This document shows positions 47,809-57,336 of a stretch of 64,000 bases of DNA, in pieces; the first letter of the stretch is position 1; each line of letters begins with the position of its first letter. Position numbers and translations under genes: made by a program. The DNA comes from an uncultured virus (IMG/VR IMGVR_UViG_3300029309_000009) (Duplodnaviria > Heunggongvirae > Uroviricota > Caudoviricetes): positions 1-64,000 of IMG/VR virus record IMGVR_UViG_3300029309_000009; one strand, 5' to 3'. The notes under the pieces are model-generated. The model had not been told where the DNA came from. It made no database searches and saw only the letters and a program-made list of their open reading frames with translations.

Positions 47809-49815
47809 GTGTGGAATCTGCTTTTGAAAAGAACTACTCCTCTTGATATTCTAAGAGGAGGGTTAAGTCCATATTTAGATGATGCAGATTGGGAAAGAAG
47901 GCTGGAAGAAATTGATAATTATCGTGATTCTGAGAGTCGTAGCCAAAAAAAGAGAGATTTCAACAAATTGATTGAAGAACTTGGCAAATATTCAAAGAAT
48001 AAAGACGGATTTATTAGAGAATTTAAGGAAAATTTTAGAGAAGGCATGGATATTTCTATATTTAGGGCAAAAATGGACTTAGCCTTGCAAAGATATGGAA
48101 CAAAAAAGCGTCAGACCTCTGTTTCTCCTAGAGCAAAACTACTTTCTCTTGCTAGAGAAATAGAGGAGTCTATGGATAGTTCTAAAATGAATGAATTTAT
48201 GTCTTTAGCGGAAAAACATCCAAAAATAATAATAGAAAGTGAAACTTTAAGGCAATTAAAAAAGCAATTGGAAAAATTATCCAAAGGAAGCATGCTTTAT
48301 TTTAAAACAGAGACTCCACCTGCCGAAGTTTTAGACGCTTTTCTTAAATTAATGGGTGGCGAAGTAATAAATTACGGAAAAACAGATAGTGGAGAAACAA
48401 TACAAACTATACTCTATCCTAATCTTTCTGTTGGCGAATGGATGAAAAGATGGAATGCTTCATTTGAAGAATTAAAACAAAATATAAGTCAAAATCCCGA
48501 AAGAGTCAAAACATTAAAGCCACTTTTAGAGGAAATAAAAGACAGTCGCCCGATTATACTTCAGGCAGGAATAAAAGAAGATGTTCCGCTAGATTCTGTT
48601 AAATTTTATTCTGTGGAAGGCTTTACCGACCAATCAATGAGAGAATTTCTTGAAATTATAAACAAAACTGGTGGAGGCGTTGATAAATTTATTCCTTCCG
48701 GAGTTTCTTTAGAGTTAGAAGGGATTAATGTTAAAGGCTCTAGTATAAAAGAATTAATTTCTCCGTCTAAACAAGGAGGAACTATTAGAACTAATCCGTA
48801 TTTGTCTCTACTATTAGAAGCGATAGGGGAAAGTGATTGGTTTTCTACGTTATTGAGCAGAACTAAACAATCTAAAATAATAAACAAGGGTAGGTTAATT
48901 GCGCTAATAAATATGGATGCCGAAAGAACTTTTAACGAAAGTCTAAGCACTAGTCCTATCTTTGGATTAGAAGTCAATGAGGATGAAGCACCGGAAGAAT
49001 TAGATAAATACAAGCGATGGTTTCGTAGTCAGATAGACATTGCCTCTACTAGTAATTTACTACAAGAAGAAATAACTCCTACTATATCTTCTAAAGTCAA
49101 AACTATATTAGATGATGCCATAGAAAAATTTGGTCTTGAAAGGTTCTTAGTTAGGCCAAATTTGCATAAAGTAAGCAGTATTGATTTTGAACCCGTAACA
49201 ATAAAAGGAATATCTAGATTTAAATTAGTTGATGGAGAAAAAGAATTGACTTCTAAACAAATAGAAGCCTTATCAAACAAAATTACGCAGGAACTTCAAA
49301 AGGAAGTTAGTTCAGCGCAAAGAGATACTTCAGAAGAACTTCCGACAGGCTTCATAGCCTCTCTTGCTTCCGATAGTGCGCTTTTACAGTCTATTAAATC
49401 AGAAACAGCCGTCAATAGACTATTAGCAGCAGGTTCATTTCAACAACTAATGAGTTCTTATCCTTTGATTAAAACTAGTAAAAAATCGGCAAAGATAACT
49501 ACTCTTTCTGCTTTATCTCCGGAGAATCTGATTATATTCTTTGTTAAGTTAGATGATTTGACAGGCTTCTCAACACAATCTAATTCTGTTCTAGAGTATT
49601 ATGAAAGAATAGATGCGTCTAAAGATTTTAAAGAGAGAAAAAGGATAATCTCACAATTAGAAAAATCTATTGAAGAAAAAATAATATCTTTTAGAAATGC
49701 TTTGCAAGTATTTTTTGAAGAAAATTTGAGGAAGTTGATTTCACAAAGAAGACTTCCGAAGAAGTTATTAGATAAACTCATTGACAAGGGAATAGTTACG
49801 GAGGTTAGTGTATGA
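47809..49815 (+). CDS. Large helical protein with W-tag (MWNLLLK), possible internal virion protein
   Basis: 668 aa, no recognised domain; AGGTGA SD. Confidence 0.6.
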   Translation: MWNLLLKRTTPLDILRGGLSPYLDDADWERRLEEIDNYRDSESRSQKKRDFNKLIEELGKYSKNKDGFIREFKENFREGMDISIFRAKMDLALQRYGTKKRQTSVSPRAKLLSLAREIEESMDSSKMNEFMSLAEKHPKIIIESETLRQLKKQLEKLSKGSMLYFKTETPPAEVLDAFLKLMGGEVINYGKTDSGETIQTILYPNLSVGEWMKRWNASFEELKQNISQNPERVKTLKPLLEEIKDSRPIILQAGIKEDVPLDSVKFYSVEGFTDQSMREFLEIINKTGGGVDKFIPSGVSLELEGINVKGSSIKELISPSKQGGTIRTNPYLSLLLEAIGESDWFSTLLSRTKQSKIINKGRLIALINMDAERTFNESLSTSPIFGLEVNEDEAPEELDKYKRWFRSQIDIASTSNLLQEEITPTISSKVKTILDDAIEKFGLERFLVRPNLHKVSSIDFEPVTIKGISRFKLVDGEKELTSKQIEALSNKITQELQKEVSSAQRDTSEELPTGFIASLASDSALLQSIKSETAVNRLLAAGSFQQLMSSYPLIKTSKKSAKITTLSALSPENLIIFFVKLDDLTGFSTQSNSVLEYYERIDASKDFKERKRIISQLEKSIEEKIISFRNALQVFFEENLRKLISQRRLPKKLLDKLIDKGIVTEVSV

Positions 49816-52172
49816 ATTTGGAACAGTTAGCCCAAGAACTTTCTTCTCTTGGTAGGAAAGAAAAAGAAGAAAGAAAGGAAGAAATTTATGAAGAAATGCA
49901 GCAAGTCTTTGGAGATGAAGCAGATGCAAAGTTTGATGAGTTAGAGTCTTTAGAAACAGGCAAATACAATTACACTGAAAGGTTCCAAGACGCACTAAAA
50001 GGTATTAAGATAAAAACTAAAGGTAATCAAGCAATAACTTTAAATCAAGCCATTAAATCTAAACTGCCTAAAACTATACGTATTTCTTCTAGCACTAATA
50101 ACCCCGATGTGGATATACCCTTACTAGAAAAAAAATTAGAAGAAGTGTTAAAGGGAACTAAAGCAACTATAAGTGAGGGGATGCAACCATCTAGAAATCT
50201 AATAATTTCTAATATTGAAGTATTGTTGAAGGCGATTGATGACCTCAAAGCATACGCAATAACAGGAAGAAGGAGAGCAAAAGGAATAAAAATTGACAGT
50301 TTCTTAGGGGGTCTTCCTCTTGGGCCTGTGGAAAATAGAGATGTAGTGTATAAGTTTTGGGAAGATGTTTCTAAAAAATATGACGATGTAGAAAAGACAC
50401 TAAAAGGAGTATTGGATTCTTTACAGAAATCAGTTTCTAAATATAATATAACGGTATTCGGAGAAAGCCTATTTCCAAATATGCCACAATTCAGAAAAAA
50501 ATTAAAATCACTACAAAAATTTGAAAATGTAGATTTGAGTTACGTTAGAGAATTTCAACCAATTAGCATACAAGTAGAAGAACCATTAGGACAGGCATTA
50601 GGGTATATTGGAACTTTAGAAGTTATTTACAACTTACACAAAGAAATGTTAGAGCAAGAAAAAAGAGAAACGGGAGAAATTGCAGGAGATGTAAATTCTC
50701 AAATGCAGATGGAATTAAGAACTAAATCTAAAAATAATTATGGCGACCAATTTTCTATGATAGACCCTACATTAACTAATTCTTCGGAAGATGACGAACT
50801 ACTAAATCAAATAAGAAGTCTATCTGAAGATTTAGACCCTTTGCTTGTTTATTATTTCAATTCTCCAAAATCAAATCTTTCTAAGAACATAATTGTATTG
50901 ACTAGAGAGGGCAAAGAAGAAATCAAACAATATATTGAAGAAGCAGCAGAAAATATGTATCCTCAATATTCTGACTTAGAGATAATCATATCACCTAAAA
51001 TAAAGAAAGACATTGAAACCTTTTCCAATACTCTAATTTCTGAAAGAGGAAAATTTTTCTTACCTTATACGCTAAAAGAATTATTAGCGGGTGCTGAAGT
51101 CGAAGGAGAAAATAACATTGGGGATATTTTAGAATTTTTAAATGTCATAGGAGATATTCTTTTTGAAATACCTCCAAGAATACCTATAAAATCTGTAAGA
51201 GGTAAAATGGGTGTAGAGGAAGATTTGGGACTACCTCAGACCGCTACTATGGTAGCGGGATACAAGGGAACCCCTGTTAAGTCAGAAGACATTAAAGAAT
51301 TTAGAGAAGAACTTACAAAATTAGTTAAGGCGATTGATGATTATTATATATCTCCTAGTTATAGTGGAAAATTACCAATAGCAGAAATAGACTTTACTAA
51401 AAAGAGCGGTGCAATAAAAATTACTGCTGGCGCAGTTAATTTAGGGGTTCAAAGCCTAGACGGAACAGCGTATAAAACCATAATAAATAATAGATTTAAT
51501 GTAAAAAAGAAAGACATTGATGATGTAAAGGATTTTTTGCAAACCGTTATTTCCGGAACAGGAGAGTTAGATGAAAAATTGACTCAGAAAGGAGAGGATG
51601 CCTCTACTGCTTTGACAAACATATTTGGATTAAAAGGAACTCCATTTGAAGAAGTTAATGATAATCATATGTCTGCTATAATTAATGCTCTATACTCCGA
51701 AATGGGAGAGGATTTAGGAGAGAGAAAATTTAGAGGAAAACTGATTTCTAACAGGGCAGACCGTTATGAGAACTCTTATGATAAAGGAGAGCCGCAACCA
51801 TTATTTGTTTTACCGGCATTTTTAATGAGACATAAAGGGTTGATAGAAAGAAGCGGAATGAAAAATTCTGTTGGTGAATTAAAAGATTTGCTTCGTAGGG
51901 CAGAATCCTTGCCTGTAATTTTGAAATCTTTACTAAAAGCCCACGATATTGTTAGAGAACTAAAGGGGTTGAGACCTGTATATGGGTTTAGACCATTGAC
52001 CTTGAACCACTCCGAAGAAGTCATAACAAAAATGTATGGAGAATTTGGCGTAGATTTATCCTATTCTGAAATAGATAAAATAGTGACAGAAGTAGATTCT
52101 TTCTCTAGTATAGCCAAGTCTTTAGGAATATCAGAAGAAATTGTATATCAAGTAAAAGCGCAGTTTAGGTGA
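49812..52172 (+). CDS. Large hypothetical protein, possible internal virion protein
   Basis: 786 aa; C-terminal HTH-like SFSSIAKSLGISEEIVYQVK. Confidence 0.6.
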   Translation: MNLEQLAQELSSLGRKEKEERKEEIYEEMQQVFGDEADAKFDELESLETGKYNYTERFQDALKGIKIKTKGNQAITLNQAIKSKLPKTIRISSSTNNPDVDIPLLEKKLEEVLKGTKATISEGMQPSRNLIISNIEVLLKAIDDLKAYAITGRRRAKGIKIDSFLGGLPLGPVENRDVVYKFWEDVSKKYDDVEKTLKGVLDSLQKSVSKYNITVFGESLFPNMPQFRKKLKSLQKFENVDLSYVREFQPISIQVEEPLGQALGYIGTLEVIYNLHKEMLEQEKRETGEIAGDVNSQMQMELRTKSKNNYGDQFSMIDPTLTNSSEDDELLNQIRSLSEDLDPLLVYYFNSPKSNLSKNIIVLTREGKEEIKQYIEEAAENMYPQYSDLEIIISPKIKKDIETFSNTLISERGKFFLPYTLKELLAGAEVEGENNIGDILEFLNVIGDILFEIPPRIPIKSVRGKMGVEEDLGLPQTATMVAGYKGTPVKSEDIKEFREELTKLVKAIDDYYISPSYSGKLPIAEIDFTKKSGAIKITAGAVNLGVQSLDGTAYKTIINNRFNVKKKDIDDVKDFLQTVISGTGELDEKLTQKGEDASTALTNIFGLKGTPFEEVNDNHMSAIINALYSEMGEDLGERKFRGKLISNRADRYENSYDKGEPQPLFVLPAFLMRHKGLIERSGMKNSVGELKDLLRRAESLPVILKSLLKAHDIVRELKGLRPVYGFRPLTLNHSEEVITKMYGEFGVDLSYSEIDKIVTEVDSFSSIAKSLGISEEIVYQVKAQFR

Positions 52173-52176
52173 AAAT

Positions 52177-52386
52177 ATGTGGCAAGAAATTTTGAAAAAG
52201 AAAAAGAAAAAGAAGAAGTATAAAGCCCCTGCCGGAGTTTATACTAAACCGAAACTAAGAGAAAGAATACATGCTACTTTGCTTAATCAAAATACTCATG
52301 GAACAGCAAAGGGGAAGTGGTCTGGTCGTAAGTCGCAGGAATTGAATAGAAGGTATCAAGAGGCAGGTGGCGGTTTTGTCAATTAA
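52177..52386 (+). CDS. W-tag basic protein, DUF5872-like N-half
   Basis: MWQEILK; YTKPKLRERI...GKWSGRKSQ...YQEAGGG. Confidence 0.6.
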   Translation: MWQEILKKKKKKKKYKAPAGVYTKPKLRERIHATLLNQNTHGTAKGKWSGRKSQELNRRYQEAGGGFVN

Positions 52387-52669
52387 GTGGGTTTCTATTT
52401 TAAAGAGAAAAAAATTAACTGATGCTCAAAAGGACATGGTTGAATGGAGTAAAGAAGATTGGGTTGATATGGCTAATCCCAAAGGAAAGAAAAAGAAAGG
52501 AACTTACAAAAGAGGAAGATATGCTCCTAAAGCAGTAGCCCAAAGTCTTACTCCACAACAAAGAGCGGCTGAAAATAGAAAGAAAAGAGAAGGCCGCAAA
52601 AAAGGAAAACAACATGTTCCTAGAACAAAAGCAGGAAAAAAAGTTTATCGCAGAGTGGAAGGTAGATGA
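52367..52669 (+). CDS. Basic protein, DUF5872-like C-half (KWVSILK)
   Basis: QKDMVEWSKEDW...GRYAPKA...LTPQQRAAENRKKR. Confidence 0.55.
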   Translation: MAVLSIKWVSILKRKKLTDAQKDMVEWSKEDWVDMANPKGKKKKGTYKRGRYAPKAVAQSLTPQQRAAENRKKREGRKKGKQHVPRTKAGKKVYRRVEGR

Positions 52670-53097
52670 ATTGGAAAGAAATCCTAAAGAAAGATATGTC
52701 CTATTGTGTTTGTAGTGGGCCAAATAAAACTAAGGGATTTACTTGTAAAGCACACTGTCGTAGTAAAGAAATGAAAAAGGCTGACCCGAAAAAAGGAACG
52801 GGTAAAAAGCCAAAAGGTTCTACAAGAAGACTATATACAGATGAAAACCCAAAAGATACTGTTCCTGTAAAATTTAAAACAAGAAAAGATGTTCAAGAAA
52901 CATTTAGCAGTAGTGCGTTTAAATCTAAATCCCATAAAAGGCAATCACAAATAATTAACTTAGTTGAGCAAAGATTACGAGCCGCAGTAAAAAATGCTAA
53001 AGACCCTAAAACAAAAAAAAGGTTAAAAGCGGCACATACTTACGCCAAACAAAGAAAGGAAGCGAGTAAGCAAAAAACAAAGAGGATGAGAACATGA
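52666..53097 (+). CDS. W-tag basic protein (MNWKEILK)
   Basis: Tag; KKPKGSTRRLYTDENPKDTV motif; very basic. Confidence 0.6.
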   Translation: MNWKEILKKDMSYCVCSGPNKTKGFTCKAHCRSKEMKKADPKKGTGKKPKGSTRRLYTDENPKDTVPVKFKTRKDVQETFSSSAFKSKSHKRQSQIINLVEQRLRAAVKNAKDPKTKKRLKAAHTYAKQRKEASKQKTKRMRT

Positions 53098-53534
53098 AAT
53101 GGAAAACAGTTTTGAAAATGCACTGCGGAACTAACAGAGAAAAAATTGATACCGAGCGAGAAGAATTTGAAAAATTAACAGGAAACCAAAACAGAATTGA
53201 TGCCAATAAAGACGGTAAAATTAGCGGTGAAGATTTTAGGATGCTCAGAGATAAAGTTAGCAAGAGAGAATTAAAAGATGGAGATACCGTAGTTACTCAT
53301 GAAGAATGTAAAGAGGCTGAAGAAAAAATTCTAGCCATTAATAAAAAAGAAGGCGGTGCTTGCTCTTTTGAAAAGAATATTCTCAAGGAATTAGGAAAGG
53401 AATATGGTGAGAAAAAACTTGAAATGGTAGTCGAAGATATGATAGAAAGGGGAACTATAAAGCGTCACAAGTATGGGGATTTATATACAGATGAGGAAGA
53501 AGGAGATGAAGATGAAGATGAAGATGAAGAATAG
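53094..53534 (+). CDS. W-tag protein (MKWKTVLK) with EF-hand loop
   Basis: DANKDGKISGED EF-hand consensus; acidic tail. Confidence 0.6.
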   Translation: MKWKTVLKMHCGTNREKIDTEREEFEKLTGNQNRIDANKDGKISGEDFRMLRDKVSKRELKDGDTVVTHEECKEAEEKILAINKKEGGACSFEKNILKELGKEYGEKKLEMVVEDMIERGTIKRHKYGDLYTDEEEGDEDEDEDEE

Positions 53535-53558
53535 TAGAGCAAGAGGGGCGTTTACTGC

Positions 53559-53882
53559 ATGACTTGGGACTATTACAATATAGAAAAAAGAGGTAAAAGT
53601 TACCATAGAAGGAAATTTATTGAAAGGCACAATTTGCCCATTAAAAGGCTATTGGGCGAATTAGAAGAAAGGTATGAAGATGTTCATTCTGAATTGATTG
53701 CATCTTCAACAGGCACAGTAAGAGATTTATATGGTTTTGATAAACAAATGAAAATGGTTAAGGAGTTACAAGATGTTCTTATAGAAATAACAAAAGATAT
53801 AGAAAAACAAAAAAGCAAACTAAAAACATTACCTGCTGATAAAGTAAAAGGTAAAGGAAAAGGACAAAAGAGGACAAATTAA
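53559..53882 (+). CDS. MTWDYY-type tagged protein
   Basis: Shared MTWDYYNI start. Confidence 0.55.
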   Translation: MTWDYYNIEKRGKSYHRRKFIERHNLPIKRLLGELEERYEDVHSELIASSTGTVRDLYGFDKQMKMVKELQDVLIEITKDIEKQKSKLKTLPADKVKGKGKGQKRTN

Positions 53883-53891
53883 GGTGATTAA

Positions 53892-54164
53892 ATGTCATGG
53901 GAAAATGTCCTAAAAAAAGAAATAGATTTGGTTTTGCCAAGAGGAAAACAGAAGGTTCTCAAGGCAGAAGATAAAGACTATGACAGAGGACTTCTCGTTA
54001 AACTTCTAAAGAATGGCGGATATGAAATGGCATATTGGGCTGGTGAACATAAGCCCTATCCTGTTGAAGTATTGGTTGATGGAAAGTCAATAAAGAAAGA
54101 TGCTAAGAAAGTTACTATGAAATTTCATCCCGAAATGGAGGAGAACAGAGATAAGAAGGATTGA
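53892..54164 (+). CDS. W-tag family protein (MSWENVLK)
   Basis: Tag; AGGTGA SD. Confidence 0.6.
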   Translation: MSWENVLKKEIDLVLPRGKQKVLKAEDKDYDRGLLVKLLKNGGYEMAYWAGEHKPYPVEVLVDGKSIKKDAKKVTMKFHPEMEENRDKKD

Positions 54165-54370
54165 TTTTTGTGGATTGGCGTATTATTCTAAAAGATTGGA
54201 GAGATAAAGCGAGGGGTGACTTAGATGCACCGGAAAGCACTATCATTTTACAGCAATCTCTATTTTATATGGAAGAAGTCAAAAAGATGCTACAAAAGAA
54301 AAATCCTAACATACCCGATATAATTAATTTTTTAGAATATAATATTAAAATATTAAAGGAGGAATTATAG
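54161..54370 (+). CDS. W-tag family protein (DWRIILK)
   Basis: Tag; probable GTG start at 54170. Confidence 0.5.
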   Translation: MIFVDWRIILKDWRDKARGDLDAPESTIILQQSLFYMEEVKKMLQKKNPNIPDIINFLEYNIKILKEEL

Positions 54371-54699
54371 TGAGTTGGAAAAAAATTCTAAAAATAGATG
54401 AGATAGATATGGAATCTTCTATCAGTATGGCTACAAAATACTTAGATGAAATAGAAGGGTATGCTTCATACTATTATGGTGCTGGATATTCTCCCGATTT
54501 TGACGATGAGGGGGAGGCCGATACTTTTCAAAACCAAATATACAAAGATATTGAAACCATGAATAGATTATTCAAAAACCCTACTAAAGAAAATTTAGAA
54601 AAAATAGAAACAATGTCAAATGCCTTAGCCCAAGATATTGAATCTGAACATAACCCACTAGAAGTAATTCCTTCCTTTGATATTCAGTATAGAGAGTGA
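54370..54699 (+). CDS. W-tag acidic protein (MSWKKILK)
   Basis: Tag; GGAGG SD. Confidence 0.6.
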   Translation: MSWKKILKIDEIDMESSISMATKYLDEIEGYASYYYGAGYSPDFDDEGEADTFQNQIYKDIETMNRLFKNPTKENLEKIETMSNALAQDIESEHNPLEVIPSFDIQYRE

Positions 54700-55058
54700 T
54701 AGTTATGTCTTGGCAAACTATTCTAAAGAAGAAGCCCAAAAGTGCTAAGTCAAGGGCTAAAGAAAGAGCCAAAAAGAAAGGACTCAAAGGAATAAATAAA
54801 CCTCAGAGGCTAAAAGATGATTCGGATAAATCTCATCATGTTATGGCCTTTGAAGGAAAAAAGGCCAAGTATATCAAATTCGGACAAAAGGGGGTTAAGA
54901 CAAATCAAACTGCCGGACAAAGAAAGGCTTTCAAATCTCGCCATGCTAAGAACATCAAGCGTGGAAAAATGTCTGCGGCATATTGGGCTAACAAAGTAAA
55001 GTGGAGTCCTAGTAAGACTAAAGAAAAGAAAAATAAAAATTGGCGAAAGGGGAGTTGA
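54696..55058 (+). CDS. W-tag basic protein (MSWQTILK)
   Basis: Tag at internal ATG; IKFGQKG...RKAFKSRHA...SAAYWANKVKW pattern recurrent in marine phage head regions. Confidence 0.6.
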   Translation: MIVMSWQTILKKKPKSAKSRAKERAKKKGLKGINKPQRLKDDSDKSHHVMAFEGKKAKYIKFGQKGVKTNQTAGQRKAFKSRHAKNIKRGKMSAAYWANKVKWSPSKTKEKKNKNWRKGS

Positions 55059-55288
55059 ATTTGCCTAGATTTTCTTCTTTAAAGCAAGCCTATCACCTTT
55101 TTAAAAATAAAAAGGAAGTATTTAGGCAGATAGCAGGAGTATATGGGGTTCCTCCTAATTTTCATCCATATAAAAAAATGAGAGAAAAGGGTGTCTCACA
55201 TGACGATGCTATTTTAGGAATTAATGACCCAAGATATGCTTTGAAGAAGTGGCAAACAACTCTCAAAAATCAAAAAGGAAGTAGTTAA
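55040..55288 (+). CDS. Hypothetical protein ending in W-tag-like motif (KKWQTTLK)
   Basis: 82-aa ORF abutting TerL. Confidence 0.5.
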   Translation: MAKGELNLPRFSSLKQAYHLFKNKKEVFRQIAGVYGVPPNFHPYKKMREKGVSHDDAILGINDPRYALKKWQTTLKNQKGSS

Positions 55289-56743
55289 ATGGAAATTAGC
55301 GATTTCAATTTAGAACATCAGATGGATTTTGAACTATCTAGAAACTCATTTCCATATTTTTTTCAGCATGTCTGTGGCCCTGCTCTTGGATTAGAAACCT
55401 ACTATTATCCAAAATATATGGAAGAATGGTTAGAACTAATGCACAGCACTCAAAGAACGGTTTTAATTTGTAGCAGAGACCACGGTAAATCTGTATTTAT
55501 GCACTGTTGGGTTATTTGGAATTTAATTTTTCAGCCTAAAGGCTATCAAATGGTCTATATTTCTTCTAATCAAAAGCAGACTTTAGTGCATATGCGAGAA
55601 ATTGACAAATATTTCACTCACCCTATGCTTCAAAGGTTTAAGCCGATAAGGGGATGGTCAGTAGGACATATTAGATTAACTAATGGAAATGAACTATTAG
55701 CAAGGTCAGTGGGTTCGCAAATTCGTGGTCTGCACCCAAATGAAATAATTATTGATGACCCGCTAAAAGAGTTTTCAATGTCGGCTATCCAAAAGGTTAC
55801 AGATTGGTTTTATAGCGATATGATACCGACTTTACATCATTCTGCATCTTTACGGGTTATAGGAACGCCATTTAGTTATACGGATATTTATGCCCAACTT
55901 GCAGAAAATGACGTTTATGAAGTCAGAACCTATCCTTGCCTTAACTCCTTAAATGAACCATTGTGGCCCGATAGATGGGATTACAATTCTTTAATGTTAA
56001 GAAAAGGAGAGATAGGCACAATAGCATTTACTAGAGAATATCTTTGCGTTCCTATGTCTACTGGAACTTCTCTGTTCAATCCCGAATATCTTGATAATTC
56101 TAAATCTAAAGACTATATTTTGAAGCCTCAAAGAAGAAAAGATTTCAGATATTATGTCGGGGTAGACCCTGCAATATCTACTGATGGTGATTACAATGTT
56201 ATCACTGTTTTAGAAGTAGATGAAAATGATAATAAGACTGTAATATATGTTGATAGGGCAAAAAATGTAGACTTTAGGCAGAACATAGAGAAGGTCAAAA
56301 TGATAGGTAAAATTTTCAATCCGGAAGTGGTTTTATTTGAAACTAATACTTTTGCCAAATCATTTACTCAAGAACTAAAGACTGTTTCTGATTTGAATGT
56401 TCACGATTTCACCACCACTAGAAAAAGAAAGCAAGAGATTATTCTCAATCTACAAATGAATTTTGAAAATGGTAAAATAAGATTGCCTTATGGTAATGAA
56501 GAAAGTAGAAGGGTTACATCTACTTTAATAGAGGAATTATCTATGTTTGCCATTACTGAAAGCGGTAGATTTGAAGGAATAGGGGCGCATGACGATATGG
56601 TTATGAGTCTCGCTTTGGCTAATGCTGCTACTCATACTTTGAGCGAGAAGTTTATTCATTTAGATGACTTGGGAATCTTTGACGATAAACCAATTGCTCC
56701 TAAGCCTTTTGCTGGAAGGGGAATTATGGGACTGAACTTTTGA
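55289..56743 (+). CDS. terL: Terminase large subunit
   Basis: Walker A SRDHGKS, IRG, Walker B IIIDD, motif III IGTP, nuclease GVDPA...HDDMVMS. Confidence 0.93.
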   Translation: MEISDFNLEHQMDFELSRNSFPYFFQHVCGPALGLETYYYPKYMEEWLELMHSTQRTVLICSRDHGKSVFMHCWVIWNLIFQPKGYQMVYISSNQKQTLVHMREIDKYFTHPMLQRFKPIRGWSVGHIRLTNGNELLARSVGSQIRGLHPNEIIIDDPLKEFSMSAIQKVTDWFYSDMIPTLHHSASLRVIGTPFSYTDIYAQLAENDVYEVRTYPCLNSLNEPLWPDRWDYNSLMLRKGEIGTIAFTREYLCVPMSTGTSLFNPEYLDNSKSKDYILKPQRRKDFRYYVGVDPAISTDGDYNVITVLEVDENDNKTVIYVDRAKNVDFRQNIEKVKMIGKIFNPEVVLFETNTFAKSFTQELKTVSDLNVHDFTTTRKRKQEIILNLQMNFENGKIRLPYGNEESRRVTSTLIEELSMFAITESGRFEGIGAHDDMVMSLALANAATHTLSEKFIHLDDLGIFDDKPIAPKPFAGRGIMGLNF

Positions 56744-56752
56744 GGTGATATT

Positions 56753-57037
56753 ATGTCTTGGAAAAACATACTAAAGGATGAGCCATTTGATGACTTTAGA
56801 TTTAATATGTCTTCTATGCACCAAGAAATGCTTCAAAAAGAAAAGGAAATGGTCATCAAAGATGCTCAGTTTGAAATTGAAAAACTATTAGATTACAAAG
56901 ATAAGTTATTACAGTATAAGCAAAATGAAAGGTTAGACAAATTTGTTGATGCAGATTTGCCATTAAGACCACTTGATAATGTAATCGCTGCTATCAATAA
57001 ATGGATTTCTTCTATGGAAGATAATATGGGAATGTGA
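56753..57037 (+). CDS. W-tag family protein (MSWKNILK)
   Basis: Tag; GAGGTGA SD. Confidence 0.6.
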   Translation: MSWKNILKDEPFDDFRFNMSSMHQEMLQKEKEMVIKDAQFEIEKLLDYKDKLLQYKQNERLDKFVDADLPLRPLDNVIAAINKWISSMEDNMGM

Positions 57038-57041
57038 TATT

Positions 57042-57335
57042 ATGGCGGATTGGAAAGATAAACTCAAAAGAACTAAGCCCCCTAAAAAATATGGTATGAA
57101 AAGAGGAAAAAAATACGGAACTACTGTTTTTGGAGAAATAAAAGAAAAGGAAACTTCGCATACAAGAGCAAGAGATATGCCTAAGAGTATAATATTTGAC
57201 TATTTTAGAATATACCAAAGACTACACAATAGAGTTCCTACGCTAAAAGAAATAGTAGAAGAAGAAGGTCGTTCATTAACTTCAGATGAAATAGAAGATT
57301 ACTACGATGAATACAAAAGAATGGGAGGAAATTAA
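57042..57335 (+). CDS. W-tag-like protein (MADWKDKLK)
   Basis: Tag variant. Confidence 0.55.
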   Translation: MADWKDKLKRTKPPKKYGMKRGKKYGTTVFGEIKEKETSHTRARDMPKSIIFDYFRIYQRLHNRVPTLKEIVEEEGRSLTSDEIEDYYDEYKRMGGN

Positions 57336-57336
57336 T

